20,055 nucleotides of DNA from contig JAWODM010000002.1 of NCBI GenBank assembly GCA_046483305.1, positions 1 through 20,055 on the forward strand. Direction: 5' to 3'. Position 1 is the stretch's first letter; every line of letters starts with the position of its first letter. A model generated the notes under the pieces. The model was not told the DNA's origin. It saw only the letters and a program-made list of their open reading frames with translations, and made no database searches. Below are positions 7,120-17,100 of this stretch, one piece after another. Source of the stretch: Candidatus Krumholzibacteriales bacterium (lineage in GTDB: Bacteria; Krumholzibacteriota; Krumholzibacteriia; Krumholzibacteriales; WJIX01). A program made the position numbers and the translations under genes.

Positions 7120-10100
7120 ATGAAATTAAGCTCTGATATCAGGACAACCATCCCTCTGGCCGCCTGTTTTATTCTTTTTTTAACAATCATTTTTTCTAAT
7201 ACCGGAGATGCCGTGCAGCCTTCCGGCGGCGCCCGTATCGATCTGATCTCAGGCACAGCCGCCGGCGGCGGCACCGGAAACTTTCAATGGGAGCGGGAGG
7301 ATGTGAGGGCAATAGACGCAGTCGGGGATGTGCCTTCCGGGAGCGGGGGCGCGGATATCCTGGCCCTTTATTTCAGAAGAACGGACGGCGGTTTAAGGTT
7401 GAGGGTAAGCATGGCCCGGATGAGTGATCCGGCCAGCGGCCGGGATCTTCTGAAGGATGCCGGCGCTTCGGTGATGGTCCTTCTGGATTACGGCGAAGGA
7501 GGGCAGATACGGTTGCCCGGCGGGGTGCCAGGCGGGACATCGGTACAATGGGAGGAGGCGTTGACATTCAGCCCTTTCGCCGATCAGCCTTCCGGCAGAG
7601 CGGGCAGAGTTTATGCAGCGGATCCTTCATATTCAGGGCAGCCTTCTACTGCCGTGCTTAACCGGACAGGCGAATATTTCGAAGCTTCGGCGGTCTTCTC
7701 GGAATCTTATCTCAAAGCTTTATCTGATATGGAAAAAGCGGAGCTGGATGAAGGGGCTCCGCCAATAAATATTGAAGTGGTAGCCATCTCTGGAGGGAAA
7801 GTGGCGGACCGGCTTCTCGGCTCCAGCGCAGCCACCGCGGGAGAGGCCAACTGCGCATTCGTTCATCACGGAAACCAGGGCCTGGCTTATTCAGATGTCT
7901 TTTACGGCAGGTCGGACGACATGGATGGAAGCGGCTTCGATGAAGCGCTTCAGGTGCATCAGTCAACCTCCGTGCCGGGAAATTTTCACCTGTGCGGCCC
8001 CCTCCAGACATCAGCCGAGTGGGATAATAACAATGGCGACCCCAACGACTTCAACGGCTGGCTGCAATCCGGGGTGTCAGCCGGCTGGTGCGGCATGGTT
8101 ACCTCCGCTTACGGTCAGCATATCATGCCTTTCGTCCAGGACGATATGAACGACTGGGCGGTAAATATACAGACCCAGATGACCGATGCCCGTTATGGCT
8201 ACTATCCCAGAGTGGCATGGGTTCCGGAAAGGGTCTGGCTCCACCCCTCCTACTATCCCGGCGCGGGAGTGGCCGACGACATAGTGGATAACTGGGAAAG
8301 TCACGGAGTTTGGGCGGTGATACTGGATGACGATGTTCACTGCCAGGGTTACGACAACCATCAGATCCATACCATCAGCGGAAGCACCCTGAAGGTAGTA
8401 CCGAGAGACCGGAATTTTACCGGCAATATAGTGGGGGGCAACGGAAGCGCGGCGCTCCAGATTCTTACCGACCTGGCCAACTCCGGGGTGGGAGAATACC
8501 GGATCGCCCTTTACGCGGAGGACTGGGAAGCGGCCGCGGAGATGGGTTCCTGGGCTTCGTCAACTCCCAACGCCAAGGAGACCTACGACTGGTTCATCAA
8601 TAAGTGTTCGGCGGAAAGCTCCTGGATTAATGTATGGAAGGTTGCCGACGCGGTTTCCAATCCCAATTTCCAGGGAACCTCCATGAATATTACGTTCGGC
8701 ACCTATCAGGAGATCGGCGGCGCCGACGGTTACGGGGGCGGCAATAACGGCTGGTATACAGAGTGGGCGGGTTACGTGCCCTATGCCAACGGCGGAGACG
8801 GATACGGCAGCTGCGATCCGGAAAGCGGCGGAAACTGCAAGAATTTCGGAACCATATGGAACGATGCGTTCAACGCCCTTTCGGCCGCGCCCGACAATAA
8901 CATCTCTCAGGCGGGATGGTACACGTTGATGACCAACCTGCACGAGACAGGGTGGCATGACGGTATGGGAGGGGATATCAGCGGGTGGCAGCTGAAGTAC
9001 TCCGGCCATATCAAGAACGCTTCGGTCTACGCTGAGGCGTCTCACTGGGCCAACGGCGAATACTCCAATGCCACCGGAGCCTATTTTACCGATATCGATA
9101 ACGACGGTTACCAGGAAATGGTAATGCACAATGACAGAGTGTTTGCGGTATTCGAGGGGATAGGGGGAAGAGCGGTAAATATATTCGCAAGGGGATCCGA
9201 TTACAACTTCTCCATTGTGGGAGTGGACAACGCTTACTGGGCGGGGACCACCGCCGATTATAACGATGTAAACCATGTGGGGGCCTTCAGCGACGTGGGC
9301 CCCAACTGCCAGCACAGCCTCTATGATATCGAAGTTGAATCGAGTTCGGGGGATACCGTACAGGCGGTTCTAACCTACCGGAACCTCAGCAAGAGGGTAA
9401 GACTGGTAGCGGGCCAGCCCTATATCGAGGTGATATATGAGGTGGGGCCTTCCACCCAGCATATTAAGACCGGGTACTCGCCCGGCCTGGTAGACCTGGT
9501 ATGGAACGCTCAGATGGAACGGATATGGGTGGCGGATACCGGTTACATGGGGCAGAGGAACCCGAATAACGGGGCTACCGCGGCTATCATCCTGGGAGAC
9601 GGCGGGGGGAACCATAACCTGGATTTCTCCGGAAGGATAATGAAGGGTGATGAAATATATTCGGAGGGCGTCTTCCAGTTCCAGCTGTTCGCGGGAAAGA
9701 CCGGGGCTCCCGGGCCTGACGGAGAGATTTCGGAGCTCAGAACTCTCAGCGACAACCTCACCGATACCATAGGGCCGGGCGTCATCAGCTCGCTATACTA
9801 TCCCGGCACCGATAAGCTCAGAATAGATTTTAATCAGGTGGTTCAGCACCTGACTTTCGATGTAACCGGTCTCTCCGTGGATGATGATGACGACGGGCTG
9901 CCGGAACTTACCCTGTCATCTGGTACCGGGATCATGGAGGCCAGCGACGGGTACACCCTGACCCTCCAGCTTACCGGGACGGACGCGGCCGCTCTGGAAA
10001 GCCTGGATACAGGCAGTCTTGAACTGATGCTGGCGGAGGGAACCGCCGAGGACCAGAACGGGAATGGAAACAGAGCCATTACCAATGAAGATAACATAAA

Positions 10101-11427
10101 GATATCATATGGAGCGGAGACCATGATAACCATAGACGGGTACATCGATACCGGGGAATGGGACGGCTGCGCCCTGGCGGTGCCGGATTCTCTCGATTCG
10201 GAATGGACTTCATCCAATGAGATTGACGGCATATATATGACCAGGGATTCGGTTTATCTTTACATAGCGATAGATGGCAGGGTGGATGGCAACAGCTGGA
10301 TTCTGTACCTGGACGTCGATCCGGGAAGCTCAAACGGAGAGACCGATCTGACTTCCATAGACAACTGGGAGCGGGGGGCTACCTTCAGCTACCCCGGGTT
10401 CGCCTGCGATTTCCAGTACGGATGTTATCAGCACCAGGGACAGTACGACAGCGACAGTTTCTTCGAGATAACCGGCCCGGCTGCCACCGTGAACCTCTCC
10501 GACTCGATCATATCCGCCTTCGATTCGATGCACGAATACGGAGATCTCGGAGGTAGCGAGCTGGCCATCCCGTGGAACCTGCTCTACGGACTGGGAGCTT
10601 CAGCGGTCCCTGACAGCGCCTCCATCTCGATGGTGGCCTCGCTGTGCTGGGACCCGGAACCGGACGGCGAGCTGGGAGGAGATTCCGCGCCCAGCAATAT
10701 ATCCGTACCCCTTCCCGAGATAGACAATGTTTACACATTCATGGTTGACGCGGACGGGGACGGAGCGCCGGACCTGCCCGACCACACTCCGCCGGAGCTG
10801 GTATCGGTTCACCTGGACCTGGCGGCGGACACGCTGGTCAACGTGGCTTTCAGCGAGCCCGTACAGGAGTCTTCGGCTGAGACGCCGGGCAATTATACGG
10901 TGTACAGAACAGACGTCCCGTCACAGACCATCTCGGTTCTCTCGGCGGTGATGCTGGCGGGCGGAGACACCGTTCAGCTGGCGCTGGATGAACCGGTGGG
11001 GTACGGCTATTCACTGTCTGTAAGCCTGGTCAGGGACAGGTCCTGTTACGCCAACCGGATAGAGGCCGGAAGCGTTGCTGCCATTGAGGGGCCGGTGGTT
11101 ACCGGCGGGGAGGATAACCCCGCGCTGACATACTCCGGGGTTTTATATCAGAATTACCCCAACCCGTTCAACCCGTCTACCGTAATCAGGTTCGAGATCC
11201 CCGGAACGGGAGGGCCGGGTGATTCCCGGCCGGTTTACCTGGCTGTATACGACATTTCCGGGAGAAAGGTCAGGACTCTGGCCTCGGGCAGGATGAGTCC
11301 GGGGGCTCACAGTATTTCCTGGGACGGCTGCAATGAAGGGGGAGCGCGGGTATCTTCGGGTATTTACTTCTACCGGATAGTGTCCGGCAACTGGAGCGAA
11401 TCCAGAAAGATGGTTATTATCAGATAG
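7120..11427 (+). CDS. Secreted multidomain GH57-family alpha-amylase / 4-alpha-glucanotransferase-like enzyme with DOMON-like, Ig-like and FlgD-Ig/T9SS-like C-terminal domains
   Basis: True start is likely ATG 7120 (AAGGAG RBS at 7105-7110, signal peptide follows), not 6943. GH57 conserved regions: FVHHGNQ (HxHQ-like), NFHLCGPL, SAYGQHIMP, WVPERVW (nucleophile Glu at 8227-8229), YAEDWE (acid/base Asp at 8521-8523) and HETGWHDG. DIDNDGYQE...GGRAVNI resembles the C-terminal beta-sandwich of AmyA/4-alpha-GT. Tail QNYPNPFNPST...RKMVIIR. Confidence 0.8.
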   Translation: MKLSSDIRTTIPLAACFILFLTIIFSNTGDAVQPSGGARIDLISGTAAGGGTGNFQWEREDVRAIDAVGDVPSGSGGADILALYFRRTDGGLRLRVSMARMSDPASGRDLLKDAGASVMVLLDYGEGGQIRLPGGVPGGTSVQWEEALTFSPFADQPSGRAGRVYAADPSYSGQPSTAVLNRTGEYFEASAVFSESYLKALSDMEKAELDEGAPPINIEVVAISGGKVADRLLGSSAATAGEANCAFVHHGNQGLAYSDVFYGRSDDMDGSGFDEALQVHQSTSVPGNFHLCGPLQTSAEWDNNNGDPNDFNGWLQSGVSAGWCGMVTSAYGQHIMPFVQDDMNDWAVNIQTQMTDARYGYYPRVAWVPERVWLHPSYYPGAGVADDIVDNWESHGVWAVILDDDVHCQGYDNHQIHTISGSTLKVVPRDRNFTGNIVGGNGSAALQILTDLANSGVGEYRIALYAEDWEAAAEMGSWASSTPNAKETYDWFINKCSAESSWINVWKVADAVSNPNFQGTSMNITFGTYQEIGGADGYGGGNNGWYTEWAGYVPYANGGDGYGSCDPESGGNCKNFGTIWNDAFNALSAAPDNNISQAGWYTLMTNLHETGWHDGMGGDISGWQLKYSGHIKNASVYAEASHWANGEYSNATGAYFTDIDNDGYQEMVMHNDRVFAVFEGIGGRAVNIFARGSDYNFSIVGVDNAYWAGTTADYNDVNHVGAFSDVGPNCQHSLYDIEVESSSGDTVQAVLTYRNLSKRVRLVAGQPYIEVIYEVGPSTQHIKTGYSPGLVDLVWNAQMERIWVADTGYMGQRNPNNGATAAIILGDGGGNHNLDFSGRIMKGDEIYSEGVFQFQLFAGKTGAPGPDGEISELRTLSDNLTDTIGPGVISSLYYPGTDKLRIDFNQVVQHLTFDVTGLSVDDDDDGLPELTLSSGTGIMEASDGYTLTLQLTGTDAAALESLDTGSLELMLAEGTAEDQNGNGNRAITNEDNIKISYGAETMITIDGYIDTGEWDGCALAVPDSLDSEWTSSNEIDGIYMTRDSVYLYIAIDGRVDGNSWILYLDVDPGSSNGETDLTSIDNWERGATFSYPGFACDFQYGCYQHQGQYDSDSFFEITGPAATVNLSDSIISAFDSMHEYGDLGGSELAIPWNLLYGLGASAVPDSASISMVASLCWDPEPDGELGGDSAPSNISVPLPEIDNVYTFMVDADGDGAPDLPDHTPPELVSVHLDLAADTLVNVAFSEPVQESSAETPGNYTVYRTDVPSQTISVLSAVMLAGGDTVQLALDEPVGYGYSLSVSLVRDRSCYANRIEAGSVAAIEGPVVTGGEDNPALTYSGVLYQNYPNPFNPSTVIRFEIPGTGGPGDSRPVYLAVYDISGRKVRTLASGRMSPGAHSISWDGCNEGGARVSSGIYFYRIVSGNWSESRKMVIIR

Positions 11428-11521
11428 GAGTTATGGAAAGGCTGAAGGAAGAAATGAGTTGGAATCAACGACGAGCGCTAAAGGTTTAATTGAATTTCTT
11501 TTCCGAAAGGAGGGCAAACAG

Positions 11522-13948
11522 ATGAATAACAGGAAAAGGGGCTTTAAAAGACTTGTTCCGGTTATAACACTGCTGCTCCTGCTGTCAGTTTACACGGTTA
11601 TCTACAGCGGGGAGCCGCAGAGTGTAACGGTGGATGGGTCGAACGATTTTCTGGATACGAACATAATGGACATCGACGGGTACGATTGCGAGTATGCGCA
11701 GATAGATATCGATACCGTCTATGTGACCAATGACGCGAACAAACTGTACATAGGTTTCTACTATGACAAGGGCGGGTGGACCAACAACCAGCTGGGAATC
11801 ATGATCGCCGATACCGATCCTTCCGGTGGAGCCACTGATGCCTGGGGGCATGCAATAGCTTGGAACGCCGCTCCCCACAAACCTGACTATCAGGCCTACT
11901 GCGATATGGACAACTCATGGCAGGAGCTGAGGGAATGGAACCAGGGGACCTCTTCCTGGGACCTGGTCTACAGCGGGACCAGCTCTCTGGGATGGGTCAA
12001 CAATACCGGTTTCGAGGAGGTCGGGTTCAATCTCAGCGACCTCGGCGTTTCAGCGGGAGACACCCTGTTCATTGAGTTAATATCAACCCAGAACGGCTCC
12101 AGCAAGGGCCCCCTGGACTGCATGGCCAACGATGACGATCAGCTGAGCACACCCGGCGGAACCACCTGGGATGTGGGTTCCCCGGTTGAGTTGGATTCGA
12201 TGGTTACCTATGTAATCATGGCCGCCGGCGACACTTCGCCGCCGGTAGTGGATTACTTCAAGCACAGGGGGGAGGCGATCGGGAACCTCTCTGCCGACGT
12301 GCTGGAAGTCGGTTTCAGCGAACCGGTGGACGAGGCCACTGCCGAGAATACGGCCAACTATACCCTGACCGGCACTGCCGCTTCCATAGACAGCGCCAGG
12401 GTCAACAGCAGTTTTCCCAGCAGGGTGAGCCTCTATCTTGACTCCGGCATTTCGCCCCAGAACAGTTTCTACCAGGTTGAAGTTACCGGGGTAAAGGACC
12501 TCGCCAACAATACCATCGCCGATAACGACACTACCAACCTGGGCTGCTTCTTCTATAAAGGGCTTCTGTTCCGGGGAAGGATGAAGATGCACCTGAGGAA
12601 CCATTCATTTCCCACCGACACCTTCACGGTTGAGGGATCGCTGGATCCTCTGACCTTTGCCGGCTGCGACAACGCATTTATGACAGATGCGGGTGACAGC
12701 GTATATGAAGTCCTGGTTGGCTTCTCGGTGCTGGGCGAGGGCTGCGAGACCGGCTCCCCGGCTGCCGATACCACCCTGGAATGGAAGTTCATGCACCAGT
12801 GCGCCGAGTACGAACCGCTTGCCTCCAACCGCCAGCATGTACTCTCGCACGCCGAAGAAGCTTACGATACTCTCGATTTCTGGTGGAATAATGAGGACCC
12901 CACTCTGTTTACCACCCACCCCATGGATGTAATTTTCACCGTGGATGTCAACAGATTCAATCCCGGCCCGGACAGCGTGGTTGCTATCAACGGAAACGTT
13001 CTGCCTCTGACATTCGATGTTCCTTCTCTGAATGAGATGAAGGACGACGGAGTGGCTCCGGATGCCAGCGCCGGGGACGGAATCTACAGCCTGGCTGTAA
13101 GGTTCCCTACCGGTTCATATAAGAGTGTGGGATATAAATATCTCTACAACGATGTTTATGAATGTTCTTCGCAGGGTAACCGGGACCTGTGGCTGAACGA
13201 CGCGGCTTACGATACCCTGGGCGGTACTCTGGGTGCTCTGGAAATGCCGCTGGCCTATTACGACAGGTGCGGCGTGACCGGAAGGGATGTAGAGGTCGTT
13301 TTCAAAGTGGATGTCAAGCGGTTTGATCCGGGCGCGAACGATACCATTTCGGTGAATGGCACCCCGAACAATCAGACACCCCAGGTGATAAACTGGGATA
13401 TTCCGTCCATCAATCCGATGCGTGACGACGGGGTCTACCCGGACGATGCCGCGGGCGACGATGTCTATGCCACTTCGATAGTATTCCCCGATTCATCCGA
13501 TCTGTATGTGGAATACAAGTATCTGTTCAACTCCACCTACGAGTGCAGCACTCAGGCAAACAGGTATTTCCATATCGACGACAGTTACGATGCTGCGGGT
13601 AATCCGCAGGTGCTGGAGCTGGATTACTATAATGCCTGCCCCACCGACGCGGAAACTGAAATGCCTGACTACAGCTTCAGGCTGAACCAGAATTACCCCA
13701 ACCCGTTCAACCCCTCGACCAGGATATCCTTTTCCGTTCCCGAAGCGGGAAGGGCTGTTCTGAGGATTTACAATGTCAGGGGGCAGCTGGTTAAAACCCT
13801 TCTGGACAGAAGAGTGGAAGCCGGTGATATGACGGTAAGGTGGAATGGAGAGGATCAGCAGGGCAGGGCGGTCTCCAGCGGGGTTTATTTCTGCAACCTG
13901 CGCGCCGCGGGGATGAAGGCGACCAGGAAGATGGTGCTGCTCCGCTGA
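11522..13948 (+). CDS. Secreted non-catalytic carbohydrate-binding protein: DOMON-like, Ig-like, three CBM20-like modules and FlgD-Ig/T9SS-like C-terminal domain
   Basis: AAGGAGGG RBS then ATG 11522 with a signal peptide (MNNRKRGFKRLVPVITLLLLLSVYTVIYS). Three modules match VxFxVD...V/IxG...M.D...DG/DxY...EY/WKY/F...YE....NR. No recognisable GH catalytic motif. Tail QNYPNPFNPSTRISF...RKMVLLR. Confidence 0.72.
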   Translation: MNNRKRGFKRLVPVITLLLLLSVYTVIYSGEPQSVTVDGSNDFLDTNIMDIDGYDCEYAQIDIDTVYVTNDANKLYIGFYYDKGGWTNNQLGIMIADTDPSGGATDAWGHAIAWNAAPHKPDYQAYCDMDNSWQELREWNQGTSSWDLVYSGTSSLGWVNNTGFEEVGFNLSDLGVSAGDTLFIELISTQNGSSKGPLDCMANDDDQLSTPGGTTWDVGSPVELDSMVTYVIMAAGDTSPPVVDYFKHRGEAIGNLSADVLEVGFSEPVDEATAENTANYTLTGTAASIDSARVNSSFPSRVSLYLDSGISPQNSFYQVEVTGVKDLANNTIADNDTTNLGCFFYKGLLFRGRMKMHLRNHSFPTDTFTVEGSLDPLTFAGCDNAFMTDAGDSVYEVLVGFSVLGEGCETGSPAADTTLEWKFMHQCAEYEPLASNRQHVLSHAEEAYDTLDFWWNNEDPTLFTTHPMDVIFTVDVNRFNPGPDSVVAINGNVLPLTFDVPSLNEMKDDGVAPDASAGDGIYSLAVRFPTGSYKSVGYKYLYNDVYECSSQGNRDLWLNDAAYDTLGGTLGALEMPLAYYDRCGVTGRDVEVVFKVDVKRFDPGANDTISVNGTPNNQTPQVINWDIPSINPMRDDGVYPDDAAGDDVYATSIVFPDSSDLYVEYKYLFNSTYECSTQANRYFHIDDSYDAAGNPQVLELDYYNACPTDAETEMPDYSFRLNQNYPNPFNPSTRISFSVPEAGRAVLRIYNVRGQLVKTLLDRRVEAGDMTVRWNGEDQQGRAVSSGVYFCNLRAAGMKATRKMVLLR

Positions 13949-13973
13949 GCGAGGAAGCGGCTGGATTTCAGAT

Positions 13974-14021
13974 AGGCCTTTCTCCGGTTTTGTTCCGGGG
14001 AAAGGCCTTTATTTTTTCTTT
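13974..14021 (+). terminator. Rho-independent terminator ending the 6077-13948 operon
   Basis: 14-bp stem AGGCCTTTCTCCGG / CCGGGGAAAGGCCT (one G-U pair), 7-nt loop, followed by TTATTTTTTCTTT. Confidence 0.88.
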
Positions 14022-14115
14022 ACATTCTGATATAAGAAAAAAAGGGGTGGGAATATCGCGGCGGCCGGAAAGTCACGGCGGAAATAAGACAGTGATGGTT
14101 CCGCTGGCGAGCCGG

Positions 14116-14143
14116 TTGAGAATAACCCCCCCCGGAATATTAT
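14116..14143 (+). promoter_or_regulatory. Possible sigma70 promoter for the GH13 gene
   Basis: TTGAGA, 16 nt, TATTAT. It would give a leader of only about 10 nt starting at the AAGGAG RBS, so it is uncertain. Confidence 0.3.
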
Positions 14144-14159
14144 CAGAAAAGGAGCTGAG

Positions 14160-17100
14160 ATGAATAAGATCAGAAAATCCGGTGTAGTCACCTCTCTGTT
14201 AATTCTGTCACTGGTATTTATATATCTTTCCTGTGCCAAGGCCCCGGCTGAAACGCCAGCGGCGGGGGAACAGGGAGAAGTATCTGTGACCTTTACCTTC
14301 CAGCCGGAGAGGGCTGTATCCGGCCTCTATCTGGCCGGAAGCTTCAATGAATGGCAGGAATCAGATATAAGGATGGAAGACAAAGACGGCGACGGTGTTT
14401 ACCAGGTAACTATTGGCCTGGAACCGGGAGAATATCAGTACAAATTCGTGGTGGATGGAAACTGGATCGTGGACCCCGGCGCGGAATCTTATACCGATGA
14501 CGGTTACGGCGGCAAAAATTCCGTTGTAAATGTACCCTCCGGCGAATCATCCATGGTGGTGGGATCGTTTGAGGAAGCTGTCCCAAAGGAAGCCCCGGCT
14601 TCTCCCTCCGGGGGAGGGAAGGTTCCGGTAACCTTCATGTATCAGCCTGAGGGCGGGGAGCCGGCCGGAGTCTATCTGGCAGGCACTTTCAATGACTGGA
14701 GTGACAGCGCCACTCCCATGACAGACAACGACGGAGACGGTATCTATTCGGTAGAGCTTAAACTGGACCCGGGAAGGTATCAGTACAAATTCGTGGTGGA
14801 CGGGAGCTGGATTACCGATACCACAGCGGAAGAGTTTGACGATGACGGTTTTGGAGGAAAGAATTCGGTTCTGGTAGTGGAGCCTGGTGACGCGGAAGAA
14901 GGGCTGGTTGTGGGGATGTACTCCGGAGAGCCGGGCGGTTCGGCAGGCGGACCGGAGGCGGTCGAGACGGAAAAAGAGGCGGGGCTGAGAAAGGTTACAT
15001 TCAGTTTTCAGCCCAGGATAAGCGGGGTCCAGGATGTATTCCTGGCCGGCACATTCAATGAATGGAAGGAAGCAAAGACCAGGATGACCGATGACGACGG
15101 AGACGGCACATACGAGGTGACTCTTCTTCTTCCTCCCGGAAGGTACCAGTACAAATTCGTGGTAGACGGAAAGTGGACCACCGACGAGAACGCCGAGGCT
15201 TTCGCCGATGACGGGTTTGGCGGCAGGAATTCCGTGATAGTGGTTGACGCCAGTTACGAAGAGGTGGAGATAGAGAAGGGCGATGGAGCGATGATGCGGA
15301 GCGATATCCCTCTGACCGTTGATTACTCCATGGTCAATCCTTTTTCGGAAGGGAAAATCGCTTTCAGCACCCGCGCCCATATCGGGGATGTGGAGGGTGT
15401 TGGTATGATATACAGCGTGAACGGCTCCGAAATCAAATTTGTGGACCTGGTTCAGGAGAACAGCGACAAGGTTTTCCAATATTACCGGACCGTCCTGGAA
15501 ATCCCGTACAGTTCGGAGGTGAACTTCTCCTTCAGATACAGCGACGCCGGTGTTCATTTCTATGCCGCTCCCGGCGGTATAGAGGAGGGCAGGCCGGAGA
15601 TGGAGGAGATGTTCTTCTACAGCCCTGATGTGCTGGAGCCTTTCTTTACGCCGGACTGGGCCAAGGACGGTGTCCTTTATCAGATTTTTCCCGAGCGTTT
15701 CCGTAACGGTGATAAATCAAACGACCCGGACTTCAGCGAATTCTATTATGAGGGGGTAACCGAACTTCCGCCCGGCGGAAAAACCAACGGGGAATACTTC
15801 CACCTGGTTGAGCAGTGGCAGAATATCAGCGGGCTGAAGAGAAGTCCCTACCGTACCGACGGCAAACCTGATTACTACTCCTTCTACGGGGGAGATATCG
15901 CCGGGGTAATGGAAAAACTGCCCTATCTGGAAGAACTCGGAGTAACTGTAATCTACTTCAATCCGCTTAATCAGGCCAGGTCCAATCATAAATACGATCC
16001 GGTAGACTACCTCAAAATCGATCCCCACTTCGCCGATGAGGAGACCTTCCGGGAATTCGTCAACCAGGCCCATCAGAGCGGTATACGGATTATTGTGGAT
16101 CTGGCGTTGAATCATACCGGAAACTACCACTTCGCATTTCTGGACGGCAGGGAAAAGGGGCGCAAATCAAAGTACTGGGACTGGTACGAGTGGAAACGCT
16201 GGCCGCTTCCCGAGGGCGATATCCCCAACCCTTCTGATTACTACAGCTGCTGGTGGGGGTTCGGGATTCATCCCAACCTGAACTTCGACCTGTCCAGGCC
16301 GAATGAACAGGAAAATAATATACGTGATATATCGAACGCGGAGCCGAATATGGACCTGGTGAAGTATCTCCTGGAGATACCAGTGTACTGGATGGGCGAA
16401 CTGGGAATAGACGGATTCAGGCTGGATGTGCCGAATGAGGTTCCCTTCTGGTTCTGGGAAATGTTCAGGGATAAAGTCGATGAGGTCAAACCGGACGCTT
16501 ACCTGGTAGGGGAGATATGGGGTAACGCGATGCCCTGGCTGGGCCCCGACTGTTTCCATTCCACCATGAATTACAAGTATTTCCGGGATCCGGTGATAGA
16601 CTTCTTCGCTCTGCGCAACACCAGCGCCGAACGGTTCGACCGGGAGATAGCCCCGGGCAGGTCAATCTACCCCATTCAGGCCACCCGGGTTATGATGAAC
16701 CTCTTCGACAGCCACGACACCAGGAGGTTTGTTACCACCGCGGGGGGGCATGAAGAGCGCCTGATGCTGGCGGCACTTTTCCAGATGACCTATATTGGGA
16801 TACCGCAGATATATTACGGAGACGAAGTAGGCCTGAGAGGAGATAAGGATCCCGACTGCCGCAGGCCTTTTCCCTGGGACTGGAAGGATAATCCAGGACG
16901 TTCGAAAATCCATGACTTCTACACCAGGGCTATATCGATACGGCACCGGCACCCGGCCCTGAGGACCGGGTCATTTACCACTGTCCTGGCGGAGGGCAGG
17001 GTCTATTCCTACCTGAGGGAGAAAGATGGCGAAAGGGTAGTGGTGGTGCTTAACAACGAAAGCGGCGGTATGGAGATTCAGCTCCCGCTGGGCGAGTTCG

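Noticed and set aside
14433..15166. Near-identical 23-nt repeats as possible recombination or template-repeat sites
   Set aside because: They encode the conserved YQYKFVVD motif of duplicated CBM48 modules, and no recombinase is nearby.
14547..15557. 336-aa antisense ORF, and similar ones at 6089-6772, 8560-9315, 12083-12604, 18306-18800 and 19119-19649
   Set aside because: They lie wholly opposite well-supported genes, have no recognisable motifs, and are the expected shadow ORFs of GC-rich codon usage.
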